DNA from: an uncultured Candidatus Saccharibacteria bacterium
Lineage (GTDB): Bacteria > Patescibacteriota > Minisyncoccia > Phycocordibacterales > CAIRYW01
NCBI GenBank assembly: GCA_964487135.1
Contig: CAZAOU010000002.1
Span: forward strand, 934-64,933
DNA: 64,000 bases
Reading direction: 5' to 3'
The translations under genes were made by a program, and so were the position numbers. Below, one piece after another: positions 47,328-56,616 of this stretch. Every line of letters starts with the position of its first letter. The first letter of the stretch is position 1. The notes beneath the pieces were generated by a model that ran no database searches, had not been told where the DNA came from, and saw nothing but the letters and a program-made list of their open reading frames with translations.

Positions 47328-48341
47328 CTACCTTTTCGCGATAATAGTCTTCTTGTATGTATCAAGATGCTCAAGAGCAACGCCTGTTCCCAAAACAACA
47401 CAATATAATGGCTTTTCTGCCAAACTCGCCTTAACCCCTGTTCGTCTAAGAACTAACTCTGGAAGATTTCGAAGCTGTGATGAGCCCCCTGTCATAATAA
47501 TCCCCTGATCAATAATGTCAGATGCAAGCTCGGGAGGAGTCTCTTGTAATACATCTTTTATTGCTTGAATCATTTCACGAAGTTCTTTTCCAAGAGCTCT
47601 AACAACCTCATTTGTTTTTATCTCAATAGAACGAGGAAGCCCAGAAATACAATCTCTTCCTTTTACCATCATGGACAATTCCTCTTCAACAGGCACGGCC
47701 GAACCAACAGCTATTTTTATTTCTTCAGCAGTCTTATCGCCAATCAAAAGATTGTGAGCTTTTTTCATATAATCAACAACTGCTGAATCCAACTTATTAC
47801 CCGCGCACTTAACAGAAGTTGATGAAACTATACCTCCCAAAGATATAACTGCCACATCCGTTGTTCCTCCTCCTATATCAACAACCATATGTCCTCTTGG
47901 CTCATATATAGAAATCCCAGCACCAATTGCTGCAAGAATTGGTTCTTTTACAACAAACGCATTTTTAGCTCCGGCCTTTATTGCCGCCTCAATAACAGCC
48001 CTTCTCTCTGTTGAAGTGACTCCTGCCGGCACAGATATCATTACTTCTGGTTTTAAAAGACTCCACTTACCAAGAGCTTTTGTCATGTAGTATCTAAGCA
48101 TTGCCTCAGTTACTCTGTAATCCGCAATCACACCGTCTTTTAGAGGTCTGTAAGCAACAATAGTATCTGGTGTTTTTCCTATCATATCTTTGGCCTCCAA
48201 ACCAACCGCCAATATTTTGTTACCCTCTTTTGAAACCGCAACAACAGATGGTTCGTTTAGGACGATTCCCTTTCCTGGAGCAAAAACAAGCGTATTAGCT
48301 GTGCCTAAATCTATACCTAGTTTATTGCTAAATAACGCCAT
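47328..48341 (-). CDS. MreB/Mbl-family actin homolog (second paralog)
   Basis: 'LGIDLGTANTLVFAPGKGIVLNEPSVVAV'; 337 aa; ~55% identical in its N-terminus to the mreB at 42549. Confidence 0.8.
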   Translation of the reverse strand: MALFSNKLGIDLGTANTLVFAPGKGIVLNEPSVVAVSKEGNKILAVGLEAKDMIGKTPDTIVAYRPLKDGVIADYRVTEAMLRYYMTKALGKWSLLKPEVMISVPAGVTSTERRAVIEAAIKAGAKNAFVVKEPILAAIGAGISIYEPRGHMVVDIGGGTTDVAVISLGGIVSSTSVKCAGNKLDSAVVDYMKKAHNLLIGDKTAEEIKIAVGSAVPVEEELSMMVKGRDCISGLPRSIEIKTNEVVRALGKELREMIQAIKDVLQETPPELASDIIDQGIIMTGGSSQLRNLPELVLRRTGVKASLAEKPLYCVVLGTGVALEHLDTYKKTIIAKR

Positions 48342-48444
48342 AAGTAGAAGAAGTATAAAGGCTATTTAAGTTAATGCCAAGGGTTAAAAATGAACAAAAA
48401 ATAAAATAAATTTATAAAAACTTTGTGCTATACTCTCTCCTACA

Positions 48445-49761
48445 ATGTTAAAAACCGAGTCTAAAAGTTTAAATTTTAAAATAGAAGGAGGTAAAAAATT
48501 GAGGGGCTCTATTGAGATAAAAAAGTCCAAAAATGCTGCGGTATCTCTTTTGTGTGCCTCACTTTTAAATCAAGGAAAAACTACTCTAAAAAAAGTTCCT
48601 AAAATTGAAGAGATTTTCCGCATTATAGAAGTGTTTCAGAGTATTGGAATAAATGTTGAGTGGAATAAAGAAGACTTAATAATTTCACCTAAAAAAATAA
48701 ATCTAAAAAAAATTAATACTGAATCGGCCAAAAAAACTAGAACGGTTATTATGATGATTGGTTCTCTGGTTCATCTATTTAAAAAATTTACACTGCCATA
48801 CGCAGGTGGATGTAAATTAGGTAAAAGAACAGTTACCCCACACTTTTATGCTTTAGAAAATTTTGGGGTATCAATTGAAACAAAATCAGACGAATACGAA
48901 ATAAAAGCCAACAGATTAAAACCTGCTGAAGTGGTCTTATACGAAATGGGAGATACTGTGACAGAAAATACTATCCTAGCAGCTTCATCTATATCAGGAA
49001 CCTCTGTAATAAAGTTTGCTTCCTCAAACTACATGGTTCAAGACCTTTGTCATTTTTTAGAAATTTTAGGAGTTAAAATTGAAGGCATAGGAACATCAAC
49101 ACTCATTATTCATGGCAAAAAAAATATAAACACAGATGTAACTTTTGAGATGAGTGAAGATCCTATAGAAGCAATGTTTTTTATAACATCAGCCATAGTA
49201 ACAAAATCATCAATAACAATAAAAAAATGTCCGATTGATTTTTTACTCTTAGAATTATTAAAACTCAAAAAAATGGGTTTTAAATATAAAATTGAAAAAG
49301 AGTATTTAGGAGAAAATGGTTTTATAAAATTAGCGGACATTAAAACATTTCCATCACAACTAAAATCACCTGTAGAAAAAATACATCCCTTAACCTATCC
49401 CGGAATAAATATTGATAATCTTCCGTTTTTTGCAATCATAGCAACCCAAGCCGATGGAGAAACATTAATTCATGACTGGGTTTATGAAAATAGAGCGGTT
49501 TATTACACAGAACTTACAAAATTAGGAGCTGAAATGAATTTGGCAGACCCTCATCGAATTTATATAAAAGGAAAAACAGAGTTAAAACCAGCAGATATAG
49601 CAACGCCGCCGGCCTTAAGGCCGGCGGCCATAATCCTTATCGGAATGCTTGGAGCCAAAGGAACTTCAATCTTGCGAAATGTATATTCAATAAATAGAGG
49701 CTACGAAGACCTATCAGAAAGACTAAAAAAATTAGGGGCCAAAATACAAATTTCTGAATAA
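48445..49761 (+). CDS. murA: UDP-N-acetylglucosamine 1-carboxyvinyltransferase
   Basis: EPSP-synthase fold repeats; active-site Cys loop 'YAGGCKLGKRTV'. Confidence 0.8.
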   Translation: MLKTESKSLNFKIEGGKKLRGSIEIKKSKNAAVSLLCASLLNQGKTTLKKVPKIEEIFRIIEVFQSIGINVEWNKEDLIISPKKINLKKINTESAKKTRTVIMMIGSLVHLFKKFTLPYAGGCKLGKRTVTPHFYALENFGVSIETKSDEYEIKANRLKPAEVVLYEMGDTVTENTILAASSISGTSVIKFASSNYMVQDLCHFLEILGVKIEGIGTSTLIIHGKKNINTDVTFEMSEDPIEAMFFITSAIVTKSSITIKKCPIDFLLLELLKLKKMGFKYKIEKEYLGENGFIKLADIKTFPSQLKSPVEKIHPLTYPGINIDNLPFFAIIATQADGETLIHDWVYENRAVYYTELTKLGAEMNLADPHRIYIKGKTELKPADIATPPALRPAAIILIGMLGAKGTSILRNVYSINRGYEDLSERLKKLGAKIQISE

Positions 49762-49800
49762 TTTGGCATAATCTGGCTTCGTGAGAAAATTAATATACTC

Positions 49801-51678
49801 ATGAGCATGTATGTAATAACAATTATCCCAATACTCCGATCAATAAATAAAGAGAGTCTCTCTTACCTTTCAAGTGAGTATTTTGAGGAAGGAAGTATTG
49901 TCTTAATTCCAGTTAGAAATAAATCTGTTCCGGGAATAGTAATTTCCATAACAAAAGCCGAGAATCAGAAAAGTGAAATAAAAAAATCGTCTTTCCAATT
50001 AAAAAAACTTCAGGCCTCAGTAAAAGCAAAAATCAATCCAAAACTTATAATGGCCAGCAAAAAAATGGCATCTCTTTACGCAACAACACCGGGAGCCATA
50101 CTTGGACATTTTATAAATGAAAACAATTTAAACTATTTATCAAACATACAAAATAAAACAGAGTCCAACGTTGCAACTCCAGAAAATAAAAAAAACTTAA
50201 AGCCTGAAAAATTTGCCATACAATCCGATGAAGAAGATCGTTTAAATATCTACAAAAGTCTCATAAGGGAATCGTTCGCTAAAAAACATTCAATTTTTTT
50301 GGTTCTACCCACAGAAGAGAAAGCTAAGAAAGTATTTTCAAAACTATCTAAAGGTATAGAAGATTATGTTTTTTTATTTAGTAATTCCCTATCAAAAAAA
50401 AGAATTGGAGAAAACATAAATTCCATAAATGAAAGCATTCACTCGGTTGTTATTATTGCAACATCATCATATCTTCCCTTTGCAAGAGATGATATAAAAA
50501 CAATAATTATTGAAGCGGAATCTTCAAGATTTTATGTAAAAGAAAGGAGACCTTATATAGACGTAAGATCACTACTAGAAATATATGCCGAAGAAATAGG
50601 TTCTTCACTTGTATATGGAGACACCCTATTAAGAGTTGAGACCCATTTTCAAATTGATGAGGGTAAAATACTTGAATACGGAAGACTCTCTAACAAAATA
50701 AATCATCCTATCCAAACACTGATTGTAAATACCAAAAAAGAAGATGACGAAAAATCACCGTTTGAAATATTTTCTAAAGAACTAAAAGAAATGATTTCTT
50801 TTGTTGTTAAAAAAAACAAAAAGATTTTTATTTTAGTTCTCAGAAAAGGACACTCCCCAGAAACAGTATGTAGAGACTGTGGTAAAACCGTTTTGTGTAA
50901 AGAATGTGAGGCACCAGTCGTTTTACACAAAGGATCCAAAGAAAATATATTTATTTGCCATCACTGCGGAAAAAAAAGAAGCGCTAAGGAAACATGTACT
51001 AATTGTGGAGGATGGCGTCTCGAATCTTTTGGTATTGGCATAGAAAGAGTAAAGGAAGAAATAAATAAAATATTTTCAATATCACCAATTATTATTGAAT
51101 CGGAAAAAGATTCAAAAACTTTTCTTGAAGATAAAACATCGATTGCTTTGGGAACGGAAAAATCTCTTGAATATTTGGAATCAAACAGTTTGCCGTATGT
51201 AGCAATAGCAAGTATTGATTCTTTATTTGCTATCCCAGACTTCCATGTGAGAGAAAAAATCATGCATATTTTACTTGAACTAAAATCAAAATCTTCAGAA
51301 TACTTATTGATACAAGGCCGAAATACCGAAGACAACATAATAGAACAGGGATTATCTGGTGATTTAAGGAATTTTATAAAAGAAGAAATAATATCGCGAA
51401 AAAAATGGGGTTACCCACCCTTTTCAGTCTTTATTAAAATAACAATATCTCTAGAAAAAGAAAAAATAAAAAAAGAAATAGAAGTCCTTAATACTTATTT
51501 TAGTAGTTACGAAAAAATTATTTTTCCAGCATTTATAAAAGTTAAAAAAGGAAAATCAATCTGCCATATGCTTATTAAAATCAAAAAAGAAAACTGGCCA
51601 GATAAGATTCTTATAGGAAAACTATTGTCACTCCCTCCTTACATAGAAGTTAGGATAAATCCAGAAAGTTTGTTGTAA
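49801..51678 (+). CDS. primosomal protein N' (PriA)-like with degenerate helicase core
   Basis: PriA N-terminal DNA-binding region 'GSIVLIPVRNKSVPGIVISI' and Cys-rich Zn module 'CRDCGKTVLCKECEAPVVLHKG...CHHCGKKRS...CTNCGG'. The Walker A position reads 'SDEEDRLNIY' and the DEEH position reads 'EAES'. Confidence 0.65.
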   Translation: MSMYVITIIPILRSINKESLSYLSSEYFEEGSIVLIPVRNKSVPGIVISITKAENQKSEIKKSSFQLKKLQASVKAKINPKLIMASKKMASLYATTPGAILGHFINENNLNYLSNIQNKTESNVATPENKKNLKPEKFAIQSDEEDRLNIYKSLIRESFAKKHSIFLVLPTEEKAKKVFSKLSKGIEDYVFLFSNSLSKKRIGENINSINESIHSVVIIATSSYLPFARDDIKTIIIEAESSRFYVKERRPYIDVRSLLEIYAEEIGSSLVYGDTLLRVETHFQIDEGKILEYGRLSNKINHPIQTLIVNTKKEDDEKSPFEIFSKELKEMISFVVKKNKKIFILVLRKGHSPETVCRDCGKTVLCKECEAPVVLHKGSKENIFICHHCGKKRSAKETCTNCGGWRLESFGIGIERVKEEINKIFSISPIIIESEKDSKTFLEDKTSIALGTEKSLEYLESNSLPYVAIASIDSLFAIPDFHVREKIMHILLELKSKSSEYLLIQGRNTEDNIIEQGLSGDLRNFIKEEIISRKKWGYPPFSVFIKITISLEKEKIKKEIEVLNTYFSSYEKIIFPAFIKVKKGKSICHMLIKIKKENWPDKILIGKLLSLPPYIEVRINPESLL

Positions 51679-51739
51679 AAAATTTGCCCCAAAATTAAAT
51701 AGAAGTTTAATTTTGGGGCATTTACTATTTACTTTTTTA

Positions 51740-52040
51740 AAATTTTGTAAAAAATTTTTTCGAAATGGCAGTAAACCGAGTTCGCATTCCCGAAGGAACA
51801 CAAATCTGTGTTCTTAATCCCCACCAACACATCGAAACCCGTGCCACAGGAAAAGAAACTCTTGCGAAGACCATCGTCCGATTGCTTCGCGAAAACGACC
51901 TGTGGTTTCCAACACACAAAGTTCTTTCGGCCCTAAGACGGCATGAAATCAAATTCGGAATAATAATAGTCACTATTCCGCTTAACACCTGACGCCCCCC
52001 CAGAGAGGCGCCATTTTTATTTATTGTTATATATAGTAAT
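51740..52040 (+). ncRNA. GC-rich (~50%) intergenic block upstream of def, candidate structured RNA; identity unknown
   Basis: Abrupt GC rise. Hairpins 'gaacaca-aatc-tgtgttc' and 'cggaata-ataatagtcact-attccg'. Ends in a C-rich hairpin plus T-run near 51990-52020. The overlapping 60-80-aa ORFs on both strands are not protein-like. Confidence 0.2.
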
Positions 52041-52048
52041 CTTTAGAC

Positions 52049-52576
52049 ATGGAAAATAGCATAATCCAAAGAGACAACCCCATATTAAGACAAAAAGCTA
52101 AAGAAGTAGGGATATCGGAAATAAAAAGTGCTTATGTCCAAAATGTTATAAAAAACATGAATAGTGCCCTATCCAAAGAAAAAGATGGCGTGGCCTTAGC
52201 TGCACCACAAATAGCAATATCTCTTAGAATTTTTGTTGTCGCGGGAATTGCTTTTGACATTGCAGAAGGTACATACGAAGAAAACAGGGAAAGCGCACGA
52301 AAAAACATGGTATTTATAAATCCAGTAATAACAAAAACATCAAAATCACGGAAAGATGTTGAGGAAGGATGTCTTTCTGTAAGATGGAAATATGGAAAAA
52401 TTTCTAGAGCCACCAAAGCAACAGTTGAAGCGTATGATGAAAATGGTAAAAAATTTTCTTACGGAGGCACAGGACTTATTGCTCAAATCTTTCAACATGA
52501 AACAGACCATCTCGACGGCAAACTATTTATAGACAACGCCCATGACATTATAGATTTACCCCCAAAACAAAAATAA
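52049..52576 (+). CDS. def: peptide deformylase
   Basis: 'GVALAAPQIA', 'EGCLSV', 'QHETDHLDG' three canonical PDF motifs. Confidence 0.9.
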   Translation: MENSIIQRDNPILRQKAKEVGISEIKSAYVQNVIKNMNSALSKEKDGVALAAPQIAISLRIFVVAGIAFDIAEGTYEENRESARKNMVFINPVITKTSKSRKDVEEGCLSVRWKYGKISRATKATVEAYDENGKKFSYGGTGLIAQIFQHETDHLDGKLFIDNAHDIIDLPPKQK

Positions 52577-53430
52577 TGAAATTCGTTTTTTTTGGTTCAT
52601 CTGAAATATCGGTTATTGCTTTAGAGACTTTAAAAAAAGAAGGTTTAATTCCCTCACTAATAGTTACATCTCCCGACAAGCCTCAGGGAAGAGGTCTCTC
52701 TCTTATGGGAACAATAGTTAAAACATGGGCAACATCCAACAACATACCCTTTATACAACCAACCTCCCTAAAAGAAACAGAAATTATAGAAAAATTATCT
52801 AGAGAAAACGCACCCCTTTTTGTATTGGTGTCTTATGGAAAAATAATTCCAAAAGAGATCTTGGAAATTCCCCTTCAAGGAATTCTAAATCTTCACCCTT
52901 CAATTCTTCCCAAACTTCGTGGTCCATCTCCTATAGAATCATCAATATTGCTTGACCAAAAAGACAATTTTGGAATTTCAATAATTATGCTTGATGAAGA
53001 AATGGATCATGGGCCGATTTTAGCCCAAGAAAAAATTGAGCTCGCCGAATGGCCACTATCAAAAGAAACCTTAACAACAATTGCCGGATCACAAGGAGGA
53101 CTTCTTTTAGCAAAGACAATGAAACTATGGAGCGAAAGAAAAATATCCCCAATAGAACAATCACACCACAATGCTACTTATACTAAAAAAATTGGTAAAG
53201 AGAATTCTTTTATTAATTTAGAAAACAATCCTTACAAAAATTATCTTATATATTTAGCGTGCGGTAATAATCCAGCTCCATACTTTTTTGTAAACCATTT
53301 AGGAAAGCAAATAAGAGTAAAAATAACTAAAGCTTCTTACAACAACAATACATTTACAATTGAAAAAGTAATACCCGAAGGCAAAAAAGAAATGTTCTAC
53401 GAAGATTTTAAAAGAGGATTAAAATCCTAA
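52576..53430 (+). CDS. fmt: methionyl-tRNA formyltransferase
   Basis: 'MKFVFFGSSEISVIALETL', 'LNLHPSILPKLRGPSPI' formyltransferase SLLP motif; def-fmt operon. Confidence 0.9.
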   Translation: MKFVFFGSSEISVIALETLKKEGLIPSLIVTSPDKPQGRGLSLMGTIVKTWATSNNIPFIQPTSLKETEIIEKLSRENAPLFVLVSYGKIIPKEILEIPLQGILNLHPSILPKLRGPSPIESSILLDQKDNFGISIIMLDEEMDHGPILAQEKIELAEWPLSKETLTTIAGSQGGLLLAKTMKLWSERKISPIEQSHHNATYTKKIGKENSFINLENNPYKNYLIYLACGNNPAPYFFVNHLGKQIRVKITKASYNNNTFTIEKVIPEGKKEMFYEDFKRGLKS

Positions 53431-53937
53431 AACCTCTTCGATAGTCTGTTTATCTATCAAACTCATTTGTCTTGGGCCATGTTTTGCCCTAACAACAACC
53501 TTTTTACCTTCTATAATTTCTTTAAGCCACTCGTATGTTCCGGGCATTAATTCTTTGTCTGGAATTTCATGAAATTCAAACCATTTCAAATCAACCATTG
53601 CGCCATCTTCACTAGGAGTAGGTTCACCTTCCCAATTTCTTAGTAAGTATGTATGAACAAGAATATTCCACATTAGACCCTCTGCAGTTGTATTATCAAA
53701 ATAAAGCTCAGCCATTTTTTCCAAATCACTTTCCAAAGAATTTATTCCGCACTCTTCTTTCAGTTCTCTAACAGCACAAGCAAGCAGAGTTTCTCCATCT
53801 TCTATCCCTCCTCCATATCCATTTCTGCAACCCTCTCCAATTTTTCTAGTTTTTAGTGGAAGCAAAATCTTATTATCTTTTATAAGAAAAATAAGTGTTG
53901 CCTCTTTTAGTGTCTTTTCCTTTTCTAAATGTTTCAT
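53419..53937 (-). CDS. NUDIX hydrolase
   Basis: Nudix box 'GGGIEDGETLLACAVRELKEECGI'. Confidence 0.75.
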   Translation of the reverse strand: MKHLEKEKTLKEATLIFLIKDNKILLPLKTRKIGEGCRNGYGGGIEDGETLLACAVRELKEECGINSLESDLEKMAELYFDNTTAEGLMWNILVHTYLLRNWEGEPTPSEDGAMVDLKWFEFHEIPDKELMPGTYEWLKEIIEGKKVVVRAKHGPRQMSLIDKQTIEEVLGF

Positions 53938-54308
53938 TATTTACTCCTAAAAACACCTCGAAGCATATCTTTGATTTTTTGGTGCCCCCTTTTTAGAAGA
54001 TGAAACTGTTTTCTTTTAGCTCTGCTAACCTCAGCAAAAATTTCATCCCTCATACCATCGATGGCAGCATAGAGATCCGATGTTTCAAAAACAGCCCTAA
54101 AATCTTTATCTGAAATTTTCAGATTTATTTCTGCTCTAAAAATATCTCCTTTATTATGATGATGACTAGTTTTTCCAACCTCTATACGAGCGAGCGCTTC
54201 AACACCGTCTTCAACAAATTTTTCAAGACTCTGAATTTTCTTTTCTACATAATTTTCTATAGCTTCCGTAAGTTCTATATTTGTAGCCTTGATATGTTTT
54301 TTGAGCAT
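53937..54308 (-). CDS. hpf: ribosome hibernation promoting factor / RaiA family
   Basis: 'IKATNIELTEAIENYVEKKIQSLEKF...RIEV' sigma-54 modulation protein family. Confidence 0.8.
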   Translation of the reverse strand: MLKKHIKATNIELTEAIENYVEKKIQSLEKFVEDGVEALARIEVGKTSHHHNKGDIFRAEINLKISDKDFRAVFETSDLYAAIDGMRDEIFAEVSRAKRKQFHLLKRGHQKIKDMLRGVFRSK

Positions 54309-54336
54309 ATTTATTTTTTATCTTTTAATAACTAAA

Positions 54337-54573
54337 TTATAACAAATTTTTTTGTGGTTCACGCACATCACAAATCTTGTTGGGTCTGGTTTTACCACGC
54401 ACTATCTGTATAGATAGAGCATCAGGAAAATAACCTCTTAAAAGATTAATTAAAGATTCGTTAGCTTCGTTATTGCGCGCCCAAGCTTTAACCTTGGCTT
54501 CAAATACACCCTCTTTTTTACAAACCAATTCGTCTTTAGAGCTCTTTGGAAAGACTTTTACACGAATAAGCAT
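54337..54573 (-). CDS. DUF167 (YggU-like) protein
   Basis: 'RVKVFPKSSKDEL...EAKVKA...NEANESLINLL' DUF167 pattern. Confidence 0.6.
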   Translation of the reverse strand: MLIRVKVFPKSSKDELVCKKEGVFEAKVKAWARNNEANESLINLLRGYFPDALSIQIVRGKTRPNKICDVREPQKNLL

Positions 54574-55106
54574 TATTGTTTTTGGTAAGTACCCATAAGC
54601 TCTCCCTCCGCCAAGATGTGTCCGCTCATAGCATTCATCAAATCAATTTTGCTAGAACCTCCAGCCAAATCCAAAACAGTATCTAAAGCAAAAATTCTAA
54701 AAAAATATCTGTGAACACCGTCTGGGGGGCAAGGCCCTATGTAAGAAAGGTTGCCAGCACTTCCCCTTCCAGATATTCCTCCTGGATCACTAGACTCATC
54801 AATAAAAGAAAGATCTGGGGGTAAATTCCACTTTAACCAATGAATCCATGTTCCAACAGGAGCGTCAGGATCTTCCATTATTAAAGCCAGAGACTCTGCC
54901 TCTTTTGGTATATCACCAATTTCAAGAGTTGGATTTATATTTTCAGCATCACAAGTATACCGAGATGGAATCGCACCACCATCTTCAAAAACAGTGCTTC
55001 TTATTTTCATAAGGGGTATGTTGGGATTATCTAATAAATTAAAAATAATAAAAAATGAAGAGACAATTATCACAAGGATTGAAACACCAACAATAGTTTT
55101 TATCAT
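54573..55106 (-). CDS. phosphatidylethanolamine-binding protein (PEBP/YbhB) family, secreted
   Basis: N-terminal TM/signal; 'MEDPDAPVGTWIHW', 'GPCPPDGVHRYFFRIFALD'. Confidence 0.75.
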   Translation of the reverse strand: MIKTIVGVSILVIIVSSFFIIFNLLDNPNIPLMKIRSTVFEDGGAIPSRYTCDAENINPTLEIGDIPKEAESLALIMEDPDAPVGTWIHWLKWNLPPDLSFIDESSDPGGISGRGSAGNLSYIGPCPPDGVHRYFFRIFALDTVLDLAGGSSKIDLMNAMSGHILAEGELMGTYQKQ

Positions 55107-55154
55107 ACATACATTTTCTCATACTTTTTATACTCTTAAAACAATATTTCTAAG

Positions 55155-55364
55155 TTGTATAATATAAATGTGAAATTCCTGACTTTTCTTCTGGTTCTTT
55201 CGTTGGCTTCCACACTAACTTCTTGCACACCCTTGGATCTGGTGAAAATGAGTCGTGATCCTGCATTTCACAAATTGATAGCACCAACCACACCCCCAAC
55301 AAACAGTGTTGCCCAAGAAACAAACGAGGAGACAGCACCAGCCTCCGCTACCCCGCCACTTTAG
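55155..55364 (+). CDS. small putative lipoprotein (69 aa)
   Basis: Signal 'FLTFLLVLSLASTLTSC' with lipobox-like L-T-S-C; Pro/Thr-rich tail; GC-rich. Confidence 0.3.
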   Translation: MYNINVKFLTFLLVLSLASTLTSCTPLDLVKMSRDPAFHKLIAPTTPPTNSVAQETNEETAPASATPPL

Positions 55365-55436
55365 GCGGATTTTTAATCTTTGATTTCTTTGATAATTTTG
55401 ATACTATCTAATGCGTTCTTTTAAAGAACAAGATAT

Positions 55437-55512
55437 TCCGCGATAGCTCAGCTGGTAGAGCGGCCCGCTGTTAACGGGTTGGTCGTAGGTTCGAATCCTA
55501 CTCGCGGAGCCA
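55437..55512 (+). tRNA. tRNA-Asn (anticodon GTT), CCA encoded
   Basis: Manual fold gives a perfect 7-bp acceptor tccgcga/tcgcgga, D-arm gctc/gagc and anticodon stem gcccg/cgggt. The loop ctGTTaa gives anticodon GTT. T-arm gtagg-ttcgaat-cctac; 3' gCCA. Confidence 0.85.
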
Positions 55513-55758
55513 GTTAGGACTGTCAGCCAGTTCTAGTACTAAATTAAACGGAGAAGCTATTGTAAAATATAGCTTTTTTCCGTTTACGGTCGGGTTCTGA
55601 AGTATGTAGTTCAAAAACTGTCTTTTTCTTGCTGGTTCAGAACTATTATCAAAAATTGTTTTTGCTCTGCGTGCTACAGAAATAACAGTAGCAACGGTAT
55701 TTTGGTATTCGTAATCAGCTTTACTGTGTTCAGACATTTCAATTTCAAGTACTTGCAT
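55498..55758 (-). CDS. short orphan ORF abutting the 3' end of tRNA-Asn (possible gene remnant)
   Basis: 86 aa, no start-proximal motifs; overlaps tRNA 3' end by 15 nt. Confidence 0.25.
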   Translation of the reverse strand: MQVLEIEMSEHSKADYEYQNTVATVISVARRAKTIFDNSSEPARKRQFLNYILQNPTVNGKKLYFTIASPFNLVLELADSPNWLRE

Positions 55759-55952
55759 TTGGTCCTGTAGTTCTTGATGTTTCTTGTCATAGACATCCTT
55801 AGTAATTCACCCGATTCAATACCTGATGATTCAAAATTTAGCATTCATAAATTATACTTATTCTCTGAAGTTTTATCTATAAAATAAGTGTTTATAAAAA
55901 TCACCCTTTCCACATTTGCGGTTAGGGCGGTTGAGAGCGAGAAAAGAGTTTC

Positions 55953-56519
55953 CTACTGAACCAAGACCGCAATCATTTGGTCTGGTTCAATTGGCGCACT
56001 GGAAGGACGAAGCAGAGCTCCGAGATATGGGTCTCCGTCTTTGGAACACCCAACCTCAAGAACAATACTGTCGCCCATGCCGGGGACATCGATAGGTTGA
56101 TGGGCCAACCAGATTTTCTCTCCGGCAGGCTGTTTTGCCATAACCTCCCTCATAAACAGTCCGAGGATAGGATCAATCTTCGGGGCCTGACCGAAGAAAC
56201 TCTTCTCGGCAATCCCAGCCACACCAAGTCGCCCTGCCGAGCAAATACGAACCTTGTATAAGCCCGGTGGAATCTGTTTGATCAATCCTTGCTCGACAGC
56301 CCTTTTGACATGGTCAGAGACCATCTCTCGGGGACTGATACGGAACCGATCCAAATTGTTACAAAGGATAGCTGGAGTGACATAATCAACAGGGATATCA
56401 ACCACCCGATCAAGAATGGTGACTTTCGCACGGCCTTCAAGAAAGGCCGTGACTGCCTCAAGTTCTTGATCTGATCCGCGTCCAGCACGGATCATTTCCT
56501 GACGGATTTTTTCAATCAT
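55953..56519 (-). CDS. hypothetical wHTH-containing protein (AbiEi-antitoxin-like fold?), GC-rich
   Basis: 188 aa, ~52% GC; 'ISPREMVSDHVKRAVEQGLIKQIPPGLYKV' resembles helix-turn-helix + wing 'RGxY'. Confidence 0.35.
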   Translation of the reverse strand: MIEKIRQEMIRAGRGSDQELEAVTAFLEGRAKVTILDRVVDIPVDYVTPAILCNNLDRFRISPREMVSDHVKRAVEQGLIKQIPPGLYKVRICSAGRLGVAGIAEKSFFGQAPKIDPILGLFMREVMAKQPAGEKIWLAHQPIDVPGMGDSIVLEVGCSKDGDPYLGALLRPSSAPIEPDQMIAVLVQ

Positions 56520-56572
56520 AATCTGAATTCCTAAGCTGGGCGGGTTTAATTTGGTTTAAGTTTTGTTAGTTT

Positions 56573-56616
56573 CGCCACAGCAGAAAATGGCTTTAAAGCC
56601 ATTTTCTGCTGTGGCG
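56573..56616. repeat. perfect 44-bp palindrome (22-bp arms, no spacer)
   Basis: 'cgccacagcagaaaatggcttt|aaagccattttctgctgtggcg' between the GC-rich island and the DUF1211 gene. Confidence 0.8.

Noticed and set aside
51765-51992. 75-aa ORF 'MAVNRVRIPEGTQ…' as a small ribosomal protein
   Set aside because: Compared by eye with the L28, L31, L33 and S21 signatures; no match. The antisense frame is equally open, which suggests non-coding GC-rich RNA.
55498-55758. 86-aa ORF next to tRNA-Asn as a truncated integrase
   Set aside because: No R-H-R-Y or resolvase motifs recognisable. Kept only as an unclassified fragment.
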